The position numbers and the translations under genes were made by a program. This document shows positions 8,741 to 20,394 of a stretch of 64,000 nt of DNA, piece after piece; the first letter of the stretch is position 1; each line of letters begins with the position of its first letter. The stretch covers positions 64 through 64,063 of the forward strand of contig JBIOED010000002.1 of the NCBI GenBank assembly GCA_044445675.1, written 5' to 3'. The DNA is from Caulobacterales bacterium (lineage in GTDB: Bacteria > Pseudomonadota > Alphaproteobacteria > Caulobacterales > Caulobacteraceae). The notes below the pieces were generated by a model. The model was not told where the DNA came from. It searched no databases and saw only the letters and a list, made by a program, of their open reading frames with translations.

Positions 8741-9511
8741 GTGCTGCGGCTCGCGCGCCTGGCCTGGCTGATCGGCGCCCTCGGGCTGGCCGCCGCCGCG
8801 CCCGCCGCCGCCGCGCCGTTCAGCGACTGGAGCGCGGTCATCGTGGCCGGCGACTGGCACGCCCATTCCGGCGGCCCGTCCGAGGCGTTCGACAACGCCC
8901 GGCGCGACGTCACCCAGGCCTTCGAGAAGGCCGGCTTCCAACCCGCCAACCTGCGCCAGTTCTCGGTCCGGCCCGAGCGCTACAGGGCCGAAGCGCTGAC
9001 GCGGTCCGAGCCGCAGGCGATTTACGACGCGCTCGCCGACCTGACCGCCAAGGCGGCCGGCGGATGCCTGGTCTATTTCAGCTCGCATGGCGCGCCGCAG
9101 GGTGTGGTGATCGACCAGGAGCTGCTGCCGCCGGGCGTTCTGGCCAGCATGCTGAACACCACCTGCGGCAAGCGGCCGACCGTAGTGATCGTCTCCGCCT
9201 GCTTCTCCGGCGTGTTCGTGCCCGCCCTGGCCGGCCCCGACCGCATGGTGCTGACCGCGGCCCGCGCCGACCGCTCCTCCTTCGGGTGCGGCGAGGCCGA
9301 CAGATACCCCTACTTCGACCAGTGCGTCCTGGAATCGCTGCCGAACGCGGCCGACTTTGCCGCGCTGGGGAACACCGTCCGGGCCTGCGTGGCCCGGCGC
9401 GAGATCAAGGAGCGGATGAAGCCGCCGTCGGAGCCGCAGCTCTACATCGGCGCCCAGCTGAAGCCCCTGTTGCCGCTCTACCCGCTCGCCGGCGGCGCGC
9501 GACGAAACTAG
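8741..9511 (+). CDS. C13-family peptidase
   Basis: Signal peptide, YFSSHG, VSACFSG, TAARADRSSFGC. Confidence 0.85.
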   Translation: MLRLARLAWLIGALGLAAAAPAAAAPFSDWSAVIVAGDWHAHSGGPSEAFDNARRDVTQAFEKAGFQPANLRQFSVRPERYRAEALTRSEPQAIYDALADLTAKAAGGCLVYFSSHGAPQGVVIDQELLPPGVLASMLNTTCGKRPTVVIVSACFSGVFVPALAGPDRMVLTAARADRSSFGCGEADRYPYFDQCVLESLPNAADFAALGNTVRACVARREIKERMKPPSEPQLYIGAQLKPLLPLYPLAGGARRN

Positions 9512-9607
9512 GGGACGAAGCGCCGGCCGGGCCGGCGCCCGCTTGGAGGGACTCGCCACGGCGGCCTACAAGCTGTTGAGCGTTCCGCTCGGTCCTGGGT
9601 TTCCCTG

Positions 9608-11851
9608 ATGCGGTCCACCGTCTTCGCCGCCGTCGCCGCACTGGCGTTGTTGCTCGTCCCGCAGGCCGGCGCCCTCGCCCAGGACGGCCAGTCCTCGCCC
9701 AGCCATGCAGCTGCGGCCACCGCCCTGCCGAAGCGGCCAGTGCCCTACGCCAAACTCAGTCCGAAGCCTGCCAGGTCCAAGCCGCATCCCGCGGCCACCG
9801 CGCCCAAACCGGCCGAAACCGCGGTCCCGCCCTCCAGGCCGACGGCAGAACCCGCCACTGCGACCGCCGCGCCGAAGCCTGCGCCGGCAACACTGAAGCC
9901 CGCCGCGCCGAAGCCGGCCGTCGCCGCCGCGCCCCCGGTGGTCGCCTCTCCCGGCGCGAGACTGACGCCTGGCCAGGCCTTGCCGGCGGCCGAGCTGGAG
10001 GCCTTCGTCGACGGCATGGTGCGCGACGCCATGGCCAGCGAGCACATCGCCGGCGTCACCGTCTCCGTCGTGCAGAACGGCCAGGTGCTGCTGAAAAAGG
10101 GCTACGGTTTCGCCAGCCTGGCGCCCAACCGACCGGTCGATCCCGACCGGACCCTGTTCCGTGTAGGCTCGATCTCCAAGACCTTCACCTGGATCGCCCT
10201 GATGAAGGAGGTCGAGGCCGGCCGCATGCGGCTGAACCAACCCGTCAACCTCTACCTGCCGGAGCGGGTGCAGGTCCGCGACCAGGGCTATGACCAGCCG
10301 GTTCGGGTCGCCAACCTGATGGACCACTCCGCCGGATTCGAGGATCGGGCGCTGGGCCAGCTGTTCGAGCGCGACTACGACCGGGTTCGGCCCCTCGACG
10401 TCTACCTGCGGCAGGAGCGGCCCAAGCGGGTGCACGCGCCAGGCGCGATCTCCAGCTATTCGAACTACGGCGCGGCCCTGGCGGGCGAGGCGGTGACCTA
10501 TGCCGCCGGCCGGCCCTACGAACGGCTGATCGAGGACGAGATCCTGGGGCCGCTGGGCATGAGCCACACGACCTTCCGCGAGCCGCACGAGCCCAAGGCC
10601 GGCCTGCCCGGCCCGATGCCCGCGCGGCTGGTGGGCGACATCTCCGACGGCTACCGGTGGACGCCGGTGGGCTATGCGCGCCGCGACTATGAGTTCATCG
10701 GCCAGATCGCCCCGGCGGGCGCGGCGTCCTCCACCGCCGGCGACATGGCCCGCTACATGCTGATGCAGCTGGGCGGCGGGCAACTCGGCGGCGTGACGAT
10801 CTACGGCCCGGTGACCGCACAGGCCTTCCGCACGCCCTTGCGCAAGACGCCGCCAGGGATCAACGGTTGGGCGCACGGCCTGATGGTCTTCGACTTGCCC
10901 GGCGGCCATCGGGGCTACGGCCACGGCGGGGCCACCCTGTCGTTCTTCTCCAACATGGTGGTCGTTCCCGACCTGAACCTGGGAATGTTCATCTCCACCA
11001 ACACAGACACCGGCCGGCCGCTCGCCAACCGCTTCCCCGATCGGATCGTGCAGCACTTCTACGCCGCGCCGGACGTCTTCCCGCGCCCCGGCTCGCCGGA
11101 CCTGGCGCAGCGCGCCGGCGACTTCGCCGGCTACTATCTGACCACGCGCCGGGCCTATTCCGGCCTGGAAGGCTTCGTCGACCAGCTGACCGGCGGCGCC
11201 AGCGTCGCGGTCACCCACGACGGCAAGCTGGTCACGGCCGGCGAGGGCGGCGTCCGGACCTGGGTTCCAGAGGGGCCGCCGGACGACGGCCGCTTCATCG
11301 CCTCGCAGGGTTCCGAGCGGCTGGCCTTCGATATGGCCGACGGCGGCGCGCGCGCCTTCCACGTCGCCAACGGGACCGAGGTGATGCAGCGCATGCCGTT
11401 CTGGCGCCAGCCCCGGGCGCTGGCCATCCTGACCGCACTGGCCGCCGCCGCAGCCCTGGCGACCCTGGCCGGCGTCGTGGTGCGCAACCGCCGAGAGTTC
11501 CGCGAGAACCAGATCCAGACCCGCGCCAGCCTGGTGCAGAACATCCAGGCGGTGCTCTGGCTGGTGGCCCTGGCGCTCTTCGGCCTGTGGGCCGCCAAGA
11601 GCGGCGATGTGGCGCAGATCATGTACCGCTGGCCGGGCGCCCTGATGATCATGGCCTCGGCCTGCGCCCTGGTGGCTGCCGGCCTGACCATCACCACCTT
11701 CGTCGCCATGCCGTCGATCTGGCGCGGCGGGCGCCGCGTCGATTCCTGGACCCACCTCCGCAAGGCGTTCTTCAGCGTCACCGTGCTGATCTACGCCGCG
11801 TTCTCCGTGGACCTGGCGCTCTGGGGGGCGCTCAGCCCCTGGAGCGGCTGA
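9608..11851 (+). CDS. beta-lactamase-family serine hydrolase with C-terminal TM helices
   Basis: FRVGSISK (SxxK), YSNYG, HGG; Pro/Ala-rich linker after the signal peptide. Confidence 0.88.
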   Translation: MRSTVFAAVAALALLLVPQAGALAQDGQSSPSHAAAATALPKRPVPYAKLSPKPARSKPHPAATAPKPAETAVPPSRPTAEPATATAAPKPAPATLKPAAPKPAVAAAPPVVASPGARLTPGQALPAAELEAFVDGMVRDAMASEHIAGVTVSVVQNGQVLLKKGYGFASLAPNRPVDPDRTLFRVGSISKTFTWIALMKEVEAGRMRLNQPVNLYLPERVQVRDQGYDQPVRVANLMDHSAGFEDRALGQLFERDYDRVRPLDVYLRQERPKRVHAPGAISSYSNYGAALAGEAVTYAAGRPYERLIEDEILGPLGMSHTTFREPHEPKAGLPGPMPARLVGDISDGYRWTPVGYARRDYEFIGQIAPAGAASSTAGDMARYMLMQLGGGQLGGVTIYGPVTAQAFRTPLRKTPPGINGWAHGLMVFDLPGGHRGYGHGGATLSFFSNMVVVPDLNLGMFISTNTDTGRPLANRFPDRIVQHFYAAPDVFPRPGSPDLAQRAGDFAGYYLTTRRAYSGLEGFVDQLTGGASVAVTHDGKLVTAGEGGVRTWVPEGPPDDGRFIASQGSERLAFDMADGGARAFHVANGTEVMQRMPFWRQPRALAILTALAAAAALATLAGVVVRNRREFRENQIQTRASLVQNIQAVLWLVALALFGLWAAKSGDVAQIMYRWPGALMIMASACALVAAGLTITTFVAMPSIWRGGRRVDSWTHLRKAFFSVTVLIYAAFSVDLALWGALSPWSG

Positions 11852-11871
11852 GCCGGCTATAAGGCTCCGCT

Positions 11872-11908
11872 TAAACTCCGCGTTTACCAAGCACTGGGTA
11901 AATCCTGC
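11872..11908 (+). promoter_or_regulatory. CtrA-dependent class II flagellar promoter of fliF
   Basis: TAAA-N7-TTTAC (near-consensus TTAA-N7-TTAAC) followed by GGGTAAATCCTG upstream of fliF. Confidence 0.7.
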
Positions 11909-11969
11909 CTAGCGGTGGGCAAAGTCCGTATGCCCGGCCGCCTTTTGGGTTGGCGGAAGGACGCGAGCG

Positions 11970-13619
11970 TTGAACCAGGTGCTGGCCGCGCTTCAGAGAT
12001 TCGGGTTCGGCCGCCTTGCCGCCATCCTCGGCATCGGCGCCGGCGTGGCTGCGGCCCTGGTCGCCGTGACCATGGGCCTCGGCCAGCCCAAGGCGCTGCT
12101 CTATTCCAACCTCGACCTGAAGGAGGCCGGCTCCATCACCCAGGCGCTCGACGCCGGCGGCATCAAATATGAGGTGAAGGGCGACGGGTCGACCATCCTG
12201 GTGCCCCGCGACCAGGTGGCGTCCACCCGGCTTATGCTGTCGTCCAAGGGCCTGCCGACGGCGGGCTCGGTCGGGTACGAGATTTTCGACAACCAGAGCG
12301 CCATGGGGCAGACGGACTTCGTCCAGCAGCTCAATCGCCAGCGCGCGCTCGAGGGCGAACTGGCCCGCACCATCCGCAGCCTGGACGGCATCACCTCGGC
12401 CCGCGTCCACCTGGTGCTGCCCAAGCGCCAGCTGTTCGAGGAAGACGCCGAGCAACCGTCCGCCTCGGTGAGCCTCGGCGTCGGCGGCCGCGAGCCCGGT
12501 CCCGACAACGTCCGCGCCGTCCAGAACCTGGTGGCCGGCGCGGTGCCGGGCCTGAAGCCCGACCGGGTCACGGTGATCGACCAGCACGCCAAGACCCTCT
12601 CCGGCGGCGACACCGGCATGGCCGCCGAGGCGGACGGCCGCAAGAGCGAGGTGGAGCAGCGGATCGCCAAGCAGGTGAAGACCCTCGTCGAGGGCGTCGT
12701 CGGCGCCGGCAAGGCCCGGGTCAACGTCACCGCCGACATCGACCTCGCCCAGGTCACCACCCACAAGGAGGTCTTCGATCCGGACGGCCAGGTCACCCGC
12801 TCGGAAAGCACCACCGACGAGAACTCCAAGGAAGGCTCCAGCGGCGGCGTGACCCAGTCGTCGGCCGCCGCCAAGATCCCCGGCGGCTCCCCGGTCGATC
12901 CGGGCGGCGACACCTCCAACGCCAGCGGCAAGCAGGAGTCCACCACCAACTACGAGATCTCCAAGACCGTCACCACCGAGGTCCGCGAGCCGGGCGCGGT
13001 GAAGAAGATCGCCGTGGCGGTCGCCGTCGACGGCGTCACCGGCCCGGCCGGCAAGAAGGGCAAACCCGGCGCCTACACCCCGCGCTCCGCCGCCGAGATG
13101 GCGCAGATCGAGCAGCTGGTGCGCACGGCCGTCGGCTACGACCAGACACGCGGCGACCAGGTCACCGTGGTCAACGTCAAGTTCCCCACGCTGGACGACC
13201 CCGACGGGGTCACCTCGGCCAACCCGCTGATGGGGTTCGACAAGAATGACGTCATGCGCGCCGCCGAACTCGGCGTCATGGCGGTCGTGGCGATCCTGAT
13301 GATGCTGTTCATCGTCCGCCCGCTACTGAAGGGCGCGATGGGCGGCGGCGGGCCGATGGCGATGCTCGGCGGTCCGGGCGGCGCGGCGCGCGGCGGCGGG
13401 CCCGGCGGCCAGCCCATGCAGATCTCCATCGACCCCGCCACCGGCCAGCAGATAGCCCTGCCGCCCCCCGGCAACGAGCAGCTGGAGCAGAAGATCGACA
13501 TCGCCCGCATCGAAGGCCAGGTGAAGGCCAGCTCGGTCAAGCGGGTCGCCGAATTCGTCGACAAGCACCCGGAGGAATCGGTCTCGATCATCCGCACCTG
13601 GCTGCATGAGTCCGCATGA
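11970..13619 (+). CDS. fliF: flagellar MS-ring protein
   Basis: [40 protein letters not shown]. Confidence 0.97.
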   Translation: MNQVLAALQRFGFGRLAAILGIGAGVAAALVAVTMGLGQPKALLYSNLDLKEAGSITQALDAGGIKYEVKGDGSTILVPRDQVASTRLMLSSKGLPTAGSVGYEIFDNQSAMGQTDFVQQLNRQRALEGELARTIRSLDGITSARVHLVLPKRQLFEEDAEQPSASVSLGVGGREPGPDNVRAVQNLVAGAVPGLKPDRVTVIDQHAKTLSGGDTGMAAEADGRKSEVEQRIAKQVKTLVEGVVGAGKARVNVTADIDLAQVTTHKEVFDPDGQVTRSESTTDENSKEGSSGGVTQSSAAAKIPGGSPVDPGGDTSNASGKQESTTNYEISKTVTTEVREPGAVKKIAVAVAVDGVTGPAGKKGKPGAYTPRSAAEMAQIEQLVRTAVGYDQTRGDQVTVVNVKFPTLDDPDGVTSANPLMGFDKNDVMRAAELGVMAVVAILMMLFIVRPLLKGAMGGGGPMAMLGGPGGAARGGGPGGQPMQISIDPATGQQIALPPPGNEQLEQKIDIARIEGQVKASSVKRVAEFVDKHPEESVSIIRTWLHESA

Positions 13620-13710
13620 CCCTGCCTCGCCATAGGCTTCGCGGGGCAATCCCCCCGGCCCTGACCCTTCAGGCCCCCGCCGGGCAAAGCTCCGCCAGGA
13701 GCGAGGCCGG

Positions 13711-14745
13711 ATGAACGCCCGCGCGCCCAAACCCAAGGGGGTCATCGACGCCGCGCGGCTGACCGGGCCTGAAAAGGCCGCCGTGGTCCTGCTCGCGCTC
13801 GGCGAGGAGCACGCCGGCGTCTGGCGCCAGCTCGACGAGGAGGAGATCAAGGTGATCTCCCAAGCCATGGCCGGCCTCGGCCAGGTCACCTCCACCGTGG
13901 TCGAGGACCTGCTGGTGGAGTTCGTCTCCAACATGGGCGGCGGCGCGATCACCGGCTCGGTGGAGCTGACCCAGAAGCTGCTCGCCTCGATCATGCCCGG
14001 CGAGAAGGTCGACACCCTGATGGAGGAGATCCGCGGCCCCGCGGGTCGCACCATGTGGGACAAGCTCGGCAACGTGAACGAGGCCGTGCTCGCCAACTAC
14101 CTGAAGAACGAATACCCGCAGACCGTCGCCGTCGTACTCTCCAAGATCAAGTCGGAGCACGCCGCGCGCGTGCTCACCTGCCTGCCCGAAGACTTCGCGC
14201 TGGAATGCGTCACCCGCATGCTGCGCATGGAGCCCGTGCAGCGCGAGATCCTCGACAAGATCGAGCAGACCCTGCGCACCGAATTCATGTCCAACCTGGC
14301 GCGCACGTCCAAACGCGACAGCCACGAGATGATGGCCGACATCTTCAACGCCTTCGACCGCCAGACCGAGACGCGCTTCATCACCGCCCTGGAAGAGCGC
14401 AACCGCGAGGCGGCCGAGCGCATCCGCGCCCTGATGTTCGTCTTCGAGGACCTCTCCAAGCTCGATCCCGGCGGGGTCCAGACGCTGCTGCGCACCGTCG
14501 AGAAGGACCAGCTGGCCCTGGCGCTGAAGGGGGCCTCGGACGCGCTGCGCGACATGTTCTTCTCCAACATGAGCGAGCGCGCCGCCAAGATCATGCGCGA
14601 GGACATGGAGACCATGGGCCCGGTCCGCCTGCGCGAGGTCGAGCAGGCGCAGATGGCCATGGTGCAGGCCGCCAAGGACCTCGCCAACAAGGGCGAGATC
14701 GTCCTCGTCGGGGCCGGCGGCGACGACGACGAGCTGGTGTACTGA
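13711..14745 (+). CDS. fliG: flagellar motor switch protein
   Basis: [40 protein letters not shown]. Confidence 0.97.
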   Translation: MNARAPKPKGVIDAARLTGPEKAAVVLLALGEEHAGVWRQLDEEEIKVISQAMAGLGQVTSTVVEDLLVEFVSNMGGGAITGSVELTQKLLASIMPGEKVDTLMEEIRGPAGRTMWDKLGNVNEAVLANYLKNEYPQTVAVVLSKIKSEHAARVLTCLPEDFALECVTRMLRMEPVQREILDKIEQTLRTEFMSNLARTSKRDSHEMMADIFNAFDRQTETRFITALEERNREAAERIRALMFVFEDLSKLDPGGVQTLLRTVEKDQLALALKGASDALRDMFFSNMSERAAKIMREDMETMGPVRLREVEQAQMAMVQAAKDLANKGEIVLVGAGGDDDELVY

Positions 14746-15443
14746 TGCCCATCTCCCCTCCCCAGGTCGGCGTCACCCACGAGAAATTCCTCTTCGGCGC
14801 CGTGTTCGAGGCGACCGGCGAGGTGACCGACGCCGCGCCGCGCCCCAAGCGCAGCTATTCCGCCGACGAGGTCGATGCGATCCGCAAGGCCGCCGAAGCG
14901 GCCGGCGAGGCCAGGGCGCTGGCCGGCGTCGCCGATCGCCAGGCCGAGGCGCTGGCGGTGATCGGCAATGCGGCGCAGCTGGCCCTGTCCGGCCTGGCCG
15001 GCGTCGCCCACGAACACCGTGTCGGCTCCGCGGAGCTGGCGCTCGCCTGCGCACGGGCCATCGCCGCCGCGGCCCTCGACAGGTTCCCGCAGGCGCCGGT
15101 TCGCGCGGCGCTGGAGGCCCTGGCCCGTGAGATCGAGGCGGCGCCGCGCCTGATCGTCACCGCCGACGCGGACCTCGCCGAGGGCCTGCAGGCTCTGTTG
15201 GACGAGACCGCCCAGGCGGTGGGCTATCCCGGCGCGATCCAGGTCCGCGCCACCCCGGGCCTCGGCCCGCACGCCTTCACCCTCGACTTCGGCGACGGCT
15301 CGGCGAGCTTCGATCCCGCCGCCGCCGCCGAACGCGTCTCCCAGGCCCTGCACGCGGCGCTGGCGGCCGAAGGCCTGCACGCCGAACCGCTGGTCCCGGG
15401 CGGCGGAACGCCCGCGCCGGATCCTCAAGAGCTCGAAAGCTAG
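14745..15443 (+). CDS. fliH: flagellar assembly protein FliH (FlbE)
   Basis: Position between fliG and fliN; KFLFGAVF, GLHAEPL. Confidence 0.85.
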   Translation: MPISPPQVGVTHEKFLFGAVFEATGEVTDAAPRPKRSYSADEVDAIRKAAEAAGEARALAGVADRQAEALAVIGNAAQLALSGLAGVAHEHRVGSAELALACARAIAAAALDRFPQAPVRAALEALAREIEAAPRLIVTADADLAEGLQALLDETAQAVGYPGAIQVRATPGLGPHAFTLDFGDGSASFDPAAAAERVSQALHAALAAEGLHAEPLVPGGGTPAPDPQELES

Positions 15444-15446
15444 GCC

Positions 15447-15803
15447 ATGTCCGAAACGCCCGACGCCGAAACCAGCACGGAGCTGAAGCTGGACGAATTC
15501 GCTCCTGGCGAAGGCCCCCTGCCCGAGGCCACCACCGACGAGGACAAGACCGCCACCGACCTGGCGCCGGTCTTCGACGTGCCGGTGAACATCTCCGCGG
15601 TGCTCGGCCGCGCCAGCCTCTCCGTCGCCCAGCTGCTGCAGCTCGGCCAGGGCAGCGTGCTGGAGCTCGACCGCAAGGTCGGGGAGGCCATCGACATCTA
15701 TGTGAACAACCGCCTGGTGGCGCGCGGCGAGGTCGTCATCGTCGACGAACGGCTTGGCGTGACCATGACGGAAATCATCAAGGACGGCGACGGCCAGGCT
15801 TAG
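15447..15803 (+). CDS. fliN: flagellar motor switch protein
   Basis: DVPVNISAVLG...ELDRKVGEAIDIYVNNRLVARGEVV. Confidence 0.95.
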   Translation: MSETPDAETSTELKLDEFAPGEGPLPEATTDEDKTATDLAPVFDVPVNISAVLGRASLSVAQLLQLGQGSVLELDRKVGEAIDIYVNNRLVARGEVVIVDERLGVTMTEIIKDGDGQA

Positions 15804-15829
15804 GCCCTGCCGTCCAAGGGAGATAAGCC

Positions 15830-17200
<1,371 letters not shown>

Positions 17201-17209
17201 GAATAGCCC

Positions 17210-17396
17210 CTTCCTTTCCCGCGAAGCGGGAGAGGGGGACCATCGGCCGAAGAGCCGATGGTGGAGAGGGCAAGCCTCAAGCTCAGTGCAACGGTGGTCG
17301 GCGCATGACTCGGTAGGTGCGGCTTTCCCTCTCCACCCCCCGCTCTTCGCTTCGCTCGGCATGCGGTCCCCCTCTCCCGCTTCGCGGGAAAGGAAG
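17210..17396. repeat. REP/MITE-like palindromic element
   Basis: Perfect 32-bp terminal inverted repeats (17210-17241, 17365-17396) CTTCCTTTCCCGCGAAGCGGGAGAGGGGGACC with internal hairpins. Confidence 0.85.
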
Positions 17397-17407
17397 AGCG
17401 CCTGACG

Positions 17408-19498
17408 ATGGCCGACGCCTCCGTTCCCGCCCGCTACGGCCAGGCCCCCACGGCGCGCGACGTGTGGGGCTGGGTGGCGCGTGGCGAAGTGGCGCTGGCG
17501 CTGGGCGTGGTCGGCATCGTCGTCCTGCTGATCCTGCCGATCCCGGCCTTCCTGCTGGACCTGCTGCTGGCGATCTCGATCACCAGCGCCGTGCTGATCC
17601 TGATGACCTCGCTGCTCATCAAGAAGCCGCTGGAGTTCACCGGCTTCCCCATGGTGCTGCTGGTCACCACCCTCTATCGCCTGGCGCTGAACATCGCCTC
17701 GACCCGCCTGATCCTCGGCCACGGCCACGAAGGGGTGCATGGCGCGGGCCACATCATCGAGGCCTTCGGCAAGCTGATGACCGGCGGCAGCTTCGTCATC
17801 GGCCTGATCGTCTTCGCCATCCTGGTGATCGTCAACTTCACGGTCATCACCAAGGGCTCGGGCCGCATCGCCGAGGTCGCCGCGCGCTTCACCCTCGACT
17901 CCATGCCCGGCAAGCAGATGGCCATCGACGCCGACCTGTCGGCCGGGCTGATCGACGAGACCGTGGCCAAGCAGCGTCGCAAGGATCTGGAACAGGAATC
18001 GACCTTCTTCGGGGCCATGGACGGCGCCTCGAAGTTCGTGCGCGGCGACGCGGTCGCGGGCCTGATCATCGTCGCCATCAACATCATCGGCGGCATCCTG
18101 ATTGGCGTGCTGCAGCACCACATCCCGATCGCCCAGGCGGCCTCGACCTACACCATCATGACCGTCGGCGACGGCCTGGTCAGCCAGCTGCCCGCCCTGA
18201 TCATTTCCATCTCCGCCGGCTTCCTGGTCTCCAAGTCCGGGGTCGAGGGCTCGGCGGACAAGGCGTTGGTCACTCAGCTCGCCATGAATCCGGTGAGCCT
18301 CGGCATGGTCTCCGCGGCGGCCGGCGTCATCGCGCTGGTGCCCGGCATGCCGCTCCTGCCCTTCGCCGCCATTTCGATCGGCGCAGGCGCGCTCTCGTGG
18401 CGCCGGTCGCAGACGGCGATGCAGCCCCCGCCGGTGGAGATCGCCCCGTCGGAAGCCCCGCAGGACGAGCCGATCGCCCAGACTCTGGCCATCGACGAGA
18501 TCAAGATCGAGCTGGGCTATGGCCTGCTGGGCCTGATCAACGACCTGGAGGGCCGCCGGCTCACCGACCAGATCAAGGCTCTGCGCCGCACCCTGGCCGC
18601 AGACTACGGCTTCGTGATGCCCAGCGTCCGCATCCTCGACAACATGCGCCTGCCCAGCCAGGGCTACGCCATTCGCATCAAGGAGATGGAGGCCGGCACC
18701 GGGGAGGTGCGGCTGGGCCACATGATGGCCATGGACCCCCGCGGCGGCCAGGTGGAGCTGCCGGGCGAGCACATCCGCGAACCCGCCTTCGGCCTGCCGG
18801 CCACCTGGGTTGACGAGAACCTGCGCGAGGAAGCGACCTTCCGCGGCTACACCATCGTCGACCCGGCGACCGTGCTGACCACCCACCTGACCGAGATCCT
18901 CAAGGAGAACATGCCCGACCTGCTCTCCTATGCCGAGGTCCAGAAGCTGCTGAAGGACCTGCCGGCCGAGCAGAAGAAGCTGGTCGAGGACCTGGTGCCC
19001 TCCGTGGTCACCGCCACCACCATCCAGCGCGTCTTGCAGGCCCTGCTGCGCGAACGAGTCTCGATCCGTGACCTGCCGGCGATCCTGGAGGGCATCGGCG
19101 AGGCCGCCCCGCACACCGCCTCGGTCACCCTGCTGGTCGAGCAGGTGCGCGCGCGTCTCGCCCGCCAGCTGTCCTTCGCCCATCGCGGCGACGACGGCGC
19201 ACTGCCGATCGTCACCCTGACGCCCGAGTGGGAAAACGCCTTCGCCGAAAGCCTGGTCGGAACCGGCGACGACAAGCAGTTGGCGCTGGCCCCCTCGCGG
19301 CTGCAGGACTTCGTGCGCAGCGTGCGCGAGACCTTCGAACGCGCGGCCCTGGCCGGCGATTCGCCCGTCCTGCTGACCAGCCCCAACATCCGCCCCTACG
19401 TCCGCTCGATCATCGAGCGGTTCCGCGGCCAGACCCCGGTGATGAGCCAGAACGAGGTTCACCCCCGCGCCAAGCTGAAGACCGTGGGAACGATCTAA
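17408..19498 (+). CDS. flhA: flagellar export protein FlhA
   Basis: RIAEVAARFTLDSMPGKQMAIDADL, FFGAMDGASKFVRGDA. Confidence 0.98.
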   Translation: MADASVPARYGQAPTARDVWGWVARGEVALALGVVGIVVLLILPIPAFLLDLLLAISITSAVLILMTSLLIKKPLEFTGFPMVLLVTTLYRLALNIASTRLILGHGHEGVHGAGHIIEAFGKLMTGGSFVIGLIVFAILVIVNFTVITKGSGRIAEVAARFTLDSMPGKQMAIDADLSAGLIDETVAKQRRKDLEQESTFFGAMDGASKFVRGDAVAGLIIVAINIIGGILIGVLQHHIPIAQAASTYTIMTVGDGLVSQLPALIISISAGFLVSKSGVEGSADKALVTQLAMNPVSLGMVSAAAGVIALVPGMPLLPFAAISIGAGALSWRRSQTAMQPPPVEIAPSEAPQDEPIAQTLAIDEIKIELGYGLLGLINDLEGRRLTDQIKALRRTLAADYGFVMPSVRILDNMRLPSQGYAIRIKEMEAGTGEVRLGHMMAMDPRGGQVELPGEHIREPAFGLPATWVDENLREEATFRGYTIVDPATVLTTHLTEILKENMPDLLSYAEVQKLLKDLPAEQKKLVEDLVPSVVTATTIQRVLQALLRERVSIRDLPAILEGIGEAAPHTASVTLLVEQVRARLARQLSFAHRGDDGALPIVTLTPEWENAFAESLVGTGDDKQLALAPSRLQDFVRSVRETFERAALAGDSPVLLTSPNIRPYVRSIIERFRGQTPVMSQNEVHPRAKLKTVGTI

Positions 19499-19603
19499 GC
19501 CCGCTCCGGCGCCAGCCCTGCGCCGTTGCAGGCGCCCGCCCGGGCTGATAGCGGTGCGCGCGACAGAGCAGCGTTCAAGCTCGTCTCAAGTCTTGGGAAA
19601 CGG

Positions 19604-19972
19604 ATGCGGCGACCTCTCAACCGACCAAAGGGCGCGGGTTCCGCGGTCCTGTGGGACCTGCTCACCTTCGAGCACCTGATGACCAACCAGGTCATTCACA
19701 TCATCTATTGGGCGGGCCTGGCGCTGATCGCGCTGGGCGCGTTCGGGACCATGGGCGCGGCGGTGGGGCTGGTGATCCGCGACCCGACGCTGTTCGGCCT
19801 GTTGCTGGCCATCCCGGTGATCGTCGGCGGTTTCCTGGTGATGGGCGCCCTGATCCTGCTGTGGCGGTCGTTCTGCGAGTTCTACGTGGCGATCTTCCGG
19901 ATCAGCGAGGATCTCGCCGTCCTGCGCGCCGACGTCGAGGCCGAGCGCGGGAGGACTGGCCCGACAACCTAA
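19604..19972 (+). CDS. DUF4282-like membrane protein
   Basis: LLTFEHLMT..VIHIIYW, LWRSFCEFYVAIFRISEDL. Confidence 0.8.
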   Translation: MRRPLNRPKGAGSAVLWDLLTFEHLMTNQVIHIIYWAGLALIALGAFGTMGAAVGLVIRDPTLFGLLLAIPVIVGGFLVMGALILLWRSFCEFYVAIFRISEDLAVLRADVEAERGRTGPTT

Positions 19973-20394
19973 GCCGCCGACCCGGCCCTGCGCCGGGCGG
20001 CCTGCATGCCCACTTCGTCCAGCTCCGCGTTCTCGCGGCGCTTGGTTTCCTTGACCTCGACCCGCCGGGCGTTCTCGGCCACCTGCTCGTACTTCTTCTG
20101 CTCCTCGAAGGCCTGGGCGAGCGCGTCGCGGGCCCCGCGCTCCTCGACGGCGATGAGGTCGATCTGCGCCTGGGCGGCGGCCTTGCGGCGGCGCAGGCCG
20201 TCGGCGTAGCCGACGTGATACCAGCCGGCCTCGGCGTCCTGGCCGGCGTGCTTGGCCTCGGCCTCGCCTTCCGCGCACAGCACCGCCAGCCGGGTCTCGG
20301 CGTCGGCCAGCCGCCGCGCGATCTCCGCAAGTTGCAGCTGGCGGTTCTCCACCTCATAGGTGGCGAGCTTGATGAGCGATTGCGACCAGCTCAT
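19969..20394 (-). CDS. fliJ: flagellar export protein FliJ
   Basis: Downstream of fliI; helical; [16 protein letters not shown]. Confidence 0.88.
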   Translation of the reverse strand: MSWSQSLIKLATYEVENRQLQLAEIARRLADAETRLAVLCAEGEAEAKHAGQDAEAGWYHVGYADGLRRRKAAAQAQIDLIAVEERGARDALAQAFEEQKKYEQVAENARRVEVKETKRRENAELDEVGMQAARRRAGSAA

